A DNA stretch of 61,591 nucleotides from a bacterium (GTDB taxonomy: Bacteria > CLD3 > SB21): assembly GCA_016787925.1 (NCBI GenBank), contig JAEUSK010000243.1:1-61591 (forward strand), in the 5' to 3' direction. The position numbers were made by a program, and so were the translations under genes. A model generated the notes under the pieces. The model did no database searches. It was not told where the DNA came from and was given only the letters and a program-made list of their open reading frames with translations. Positions 61,513 to 61,591 of the stretch are shown piece after piece. The first letter of the stretch is position 1. Every line of letters begins with the position of its first letter.

Positions 61513-61591
61513 TTATCTCAATTTATAAAGAACGGCCTTGCCCCATGAACTATCTTCAACCGCGTGAACGAACCGCAATTCCGGTGTATCC
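61513..61591 (-). CDS. 3' end of an upstream minus-strand gene (partial, unnamed)
   Basis: An open frame enters from the window edge (...DTPELRFVHAVEDSSWGKAVLYKLR*) and ends at a TAA 10 nt before the next start. It is too short to identify. Confidence 0.3.
   Translation of the reverse strand, partial: DTPELRFVHAVEDSSWGKAVLYKLR

Overview
This 61.6-kb chromosomal window comes from a diderm bacterium. LpxB, TonB/ExbBD, an Omp85-like barrel, a PorV/PorQ-like protein and several lipobox lipoproteins support that. It uses Shine-Dalgarno sites and recognisable TTGACA/TATAAT-type promoters. The gene content suggests an FCB-superphylum-like lineage, but I cannot place it further from sequence alone. 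I call about 57 protein genes, 3 tRNAs, several intrinsic terminators and promoters, and two repeat elements. I saw no CRISPR array, transposase, integrase or prophage.

Layout:
- 0.3-2.5 kb: exbB-exbD-exbD-tonB.
- 2.5-3.5 kb: tRNA(CAT), then a STAS protein with a coiled-coil partner.
- 3.7-11.2 kb: a tight six-gene minus-strand operon built around a 962-aa DUF2723/TMEM260-like GT-C enzyme.
- 11.2-12.6 kb: dnaB.
- 12.6-18.6 kb: two REC-plus-H-box proteins lacking an ATPase domain, bracketing a HEAT lipoprotein and a UPF0182 membrane protein.
- 18.6-32.3 kb: housekeeping genes (tldD, thioesterase, lgt, ccmC-like, lpxB, pyrF, an S2P protease and a rhomboid), a CHASE2 adenylate cyclase with a FecR-like partner, and tRNA-Val and tRNA-Asp.
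- 32.4-38.1 kb: a tightly coupled tatC, CxxS-thioredoxin lipoprotein, Get3/ArsA-HSP20 ATPase and 1069-aa HExxH/beta-propeller/beta-barrel protein operon.
- 38.1-61.6 kb: one uninterrupted minus-strand glycan locus. It holds WecA-like and GT26 initiating enzymes, two carbamoyltransferases, an SxtJ-like protein, a Wzi-like protein, two Wzy/O-antigen-ligase-like proteins, a GtrB-like plus GT39-like pair, an SGNH protein, two methyltransferases and a bi-domain oxidoreductase.

The best candidates for undescribed biology are:
1. The kinase-less REC-DHp / HEAT / UPF0182 module.
2. The tatC-trx-get3-like-protease/barrel operon.
3. The carbamoylation machinery of the glycan locus, including a 55-aa DUF5989/SxtK-like gene at 50029-50196 that the ORF track misses.
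4. A roughly 130-bp heptamer-rich inverted-repeat element inside that locus.

All functional names are from my own motif and architecture recognition. No database search was run.
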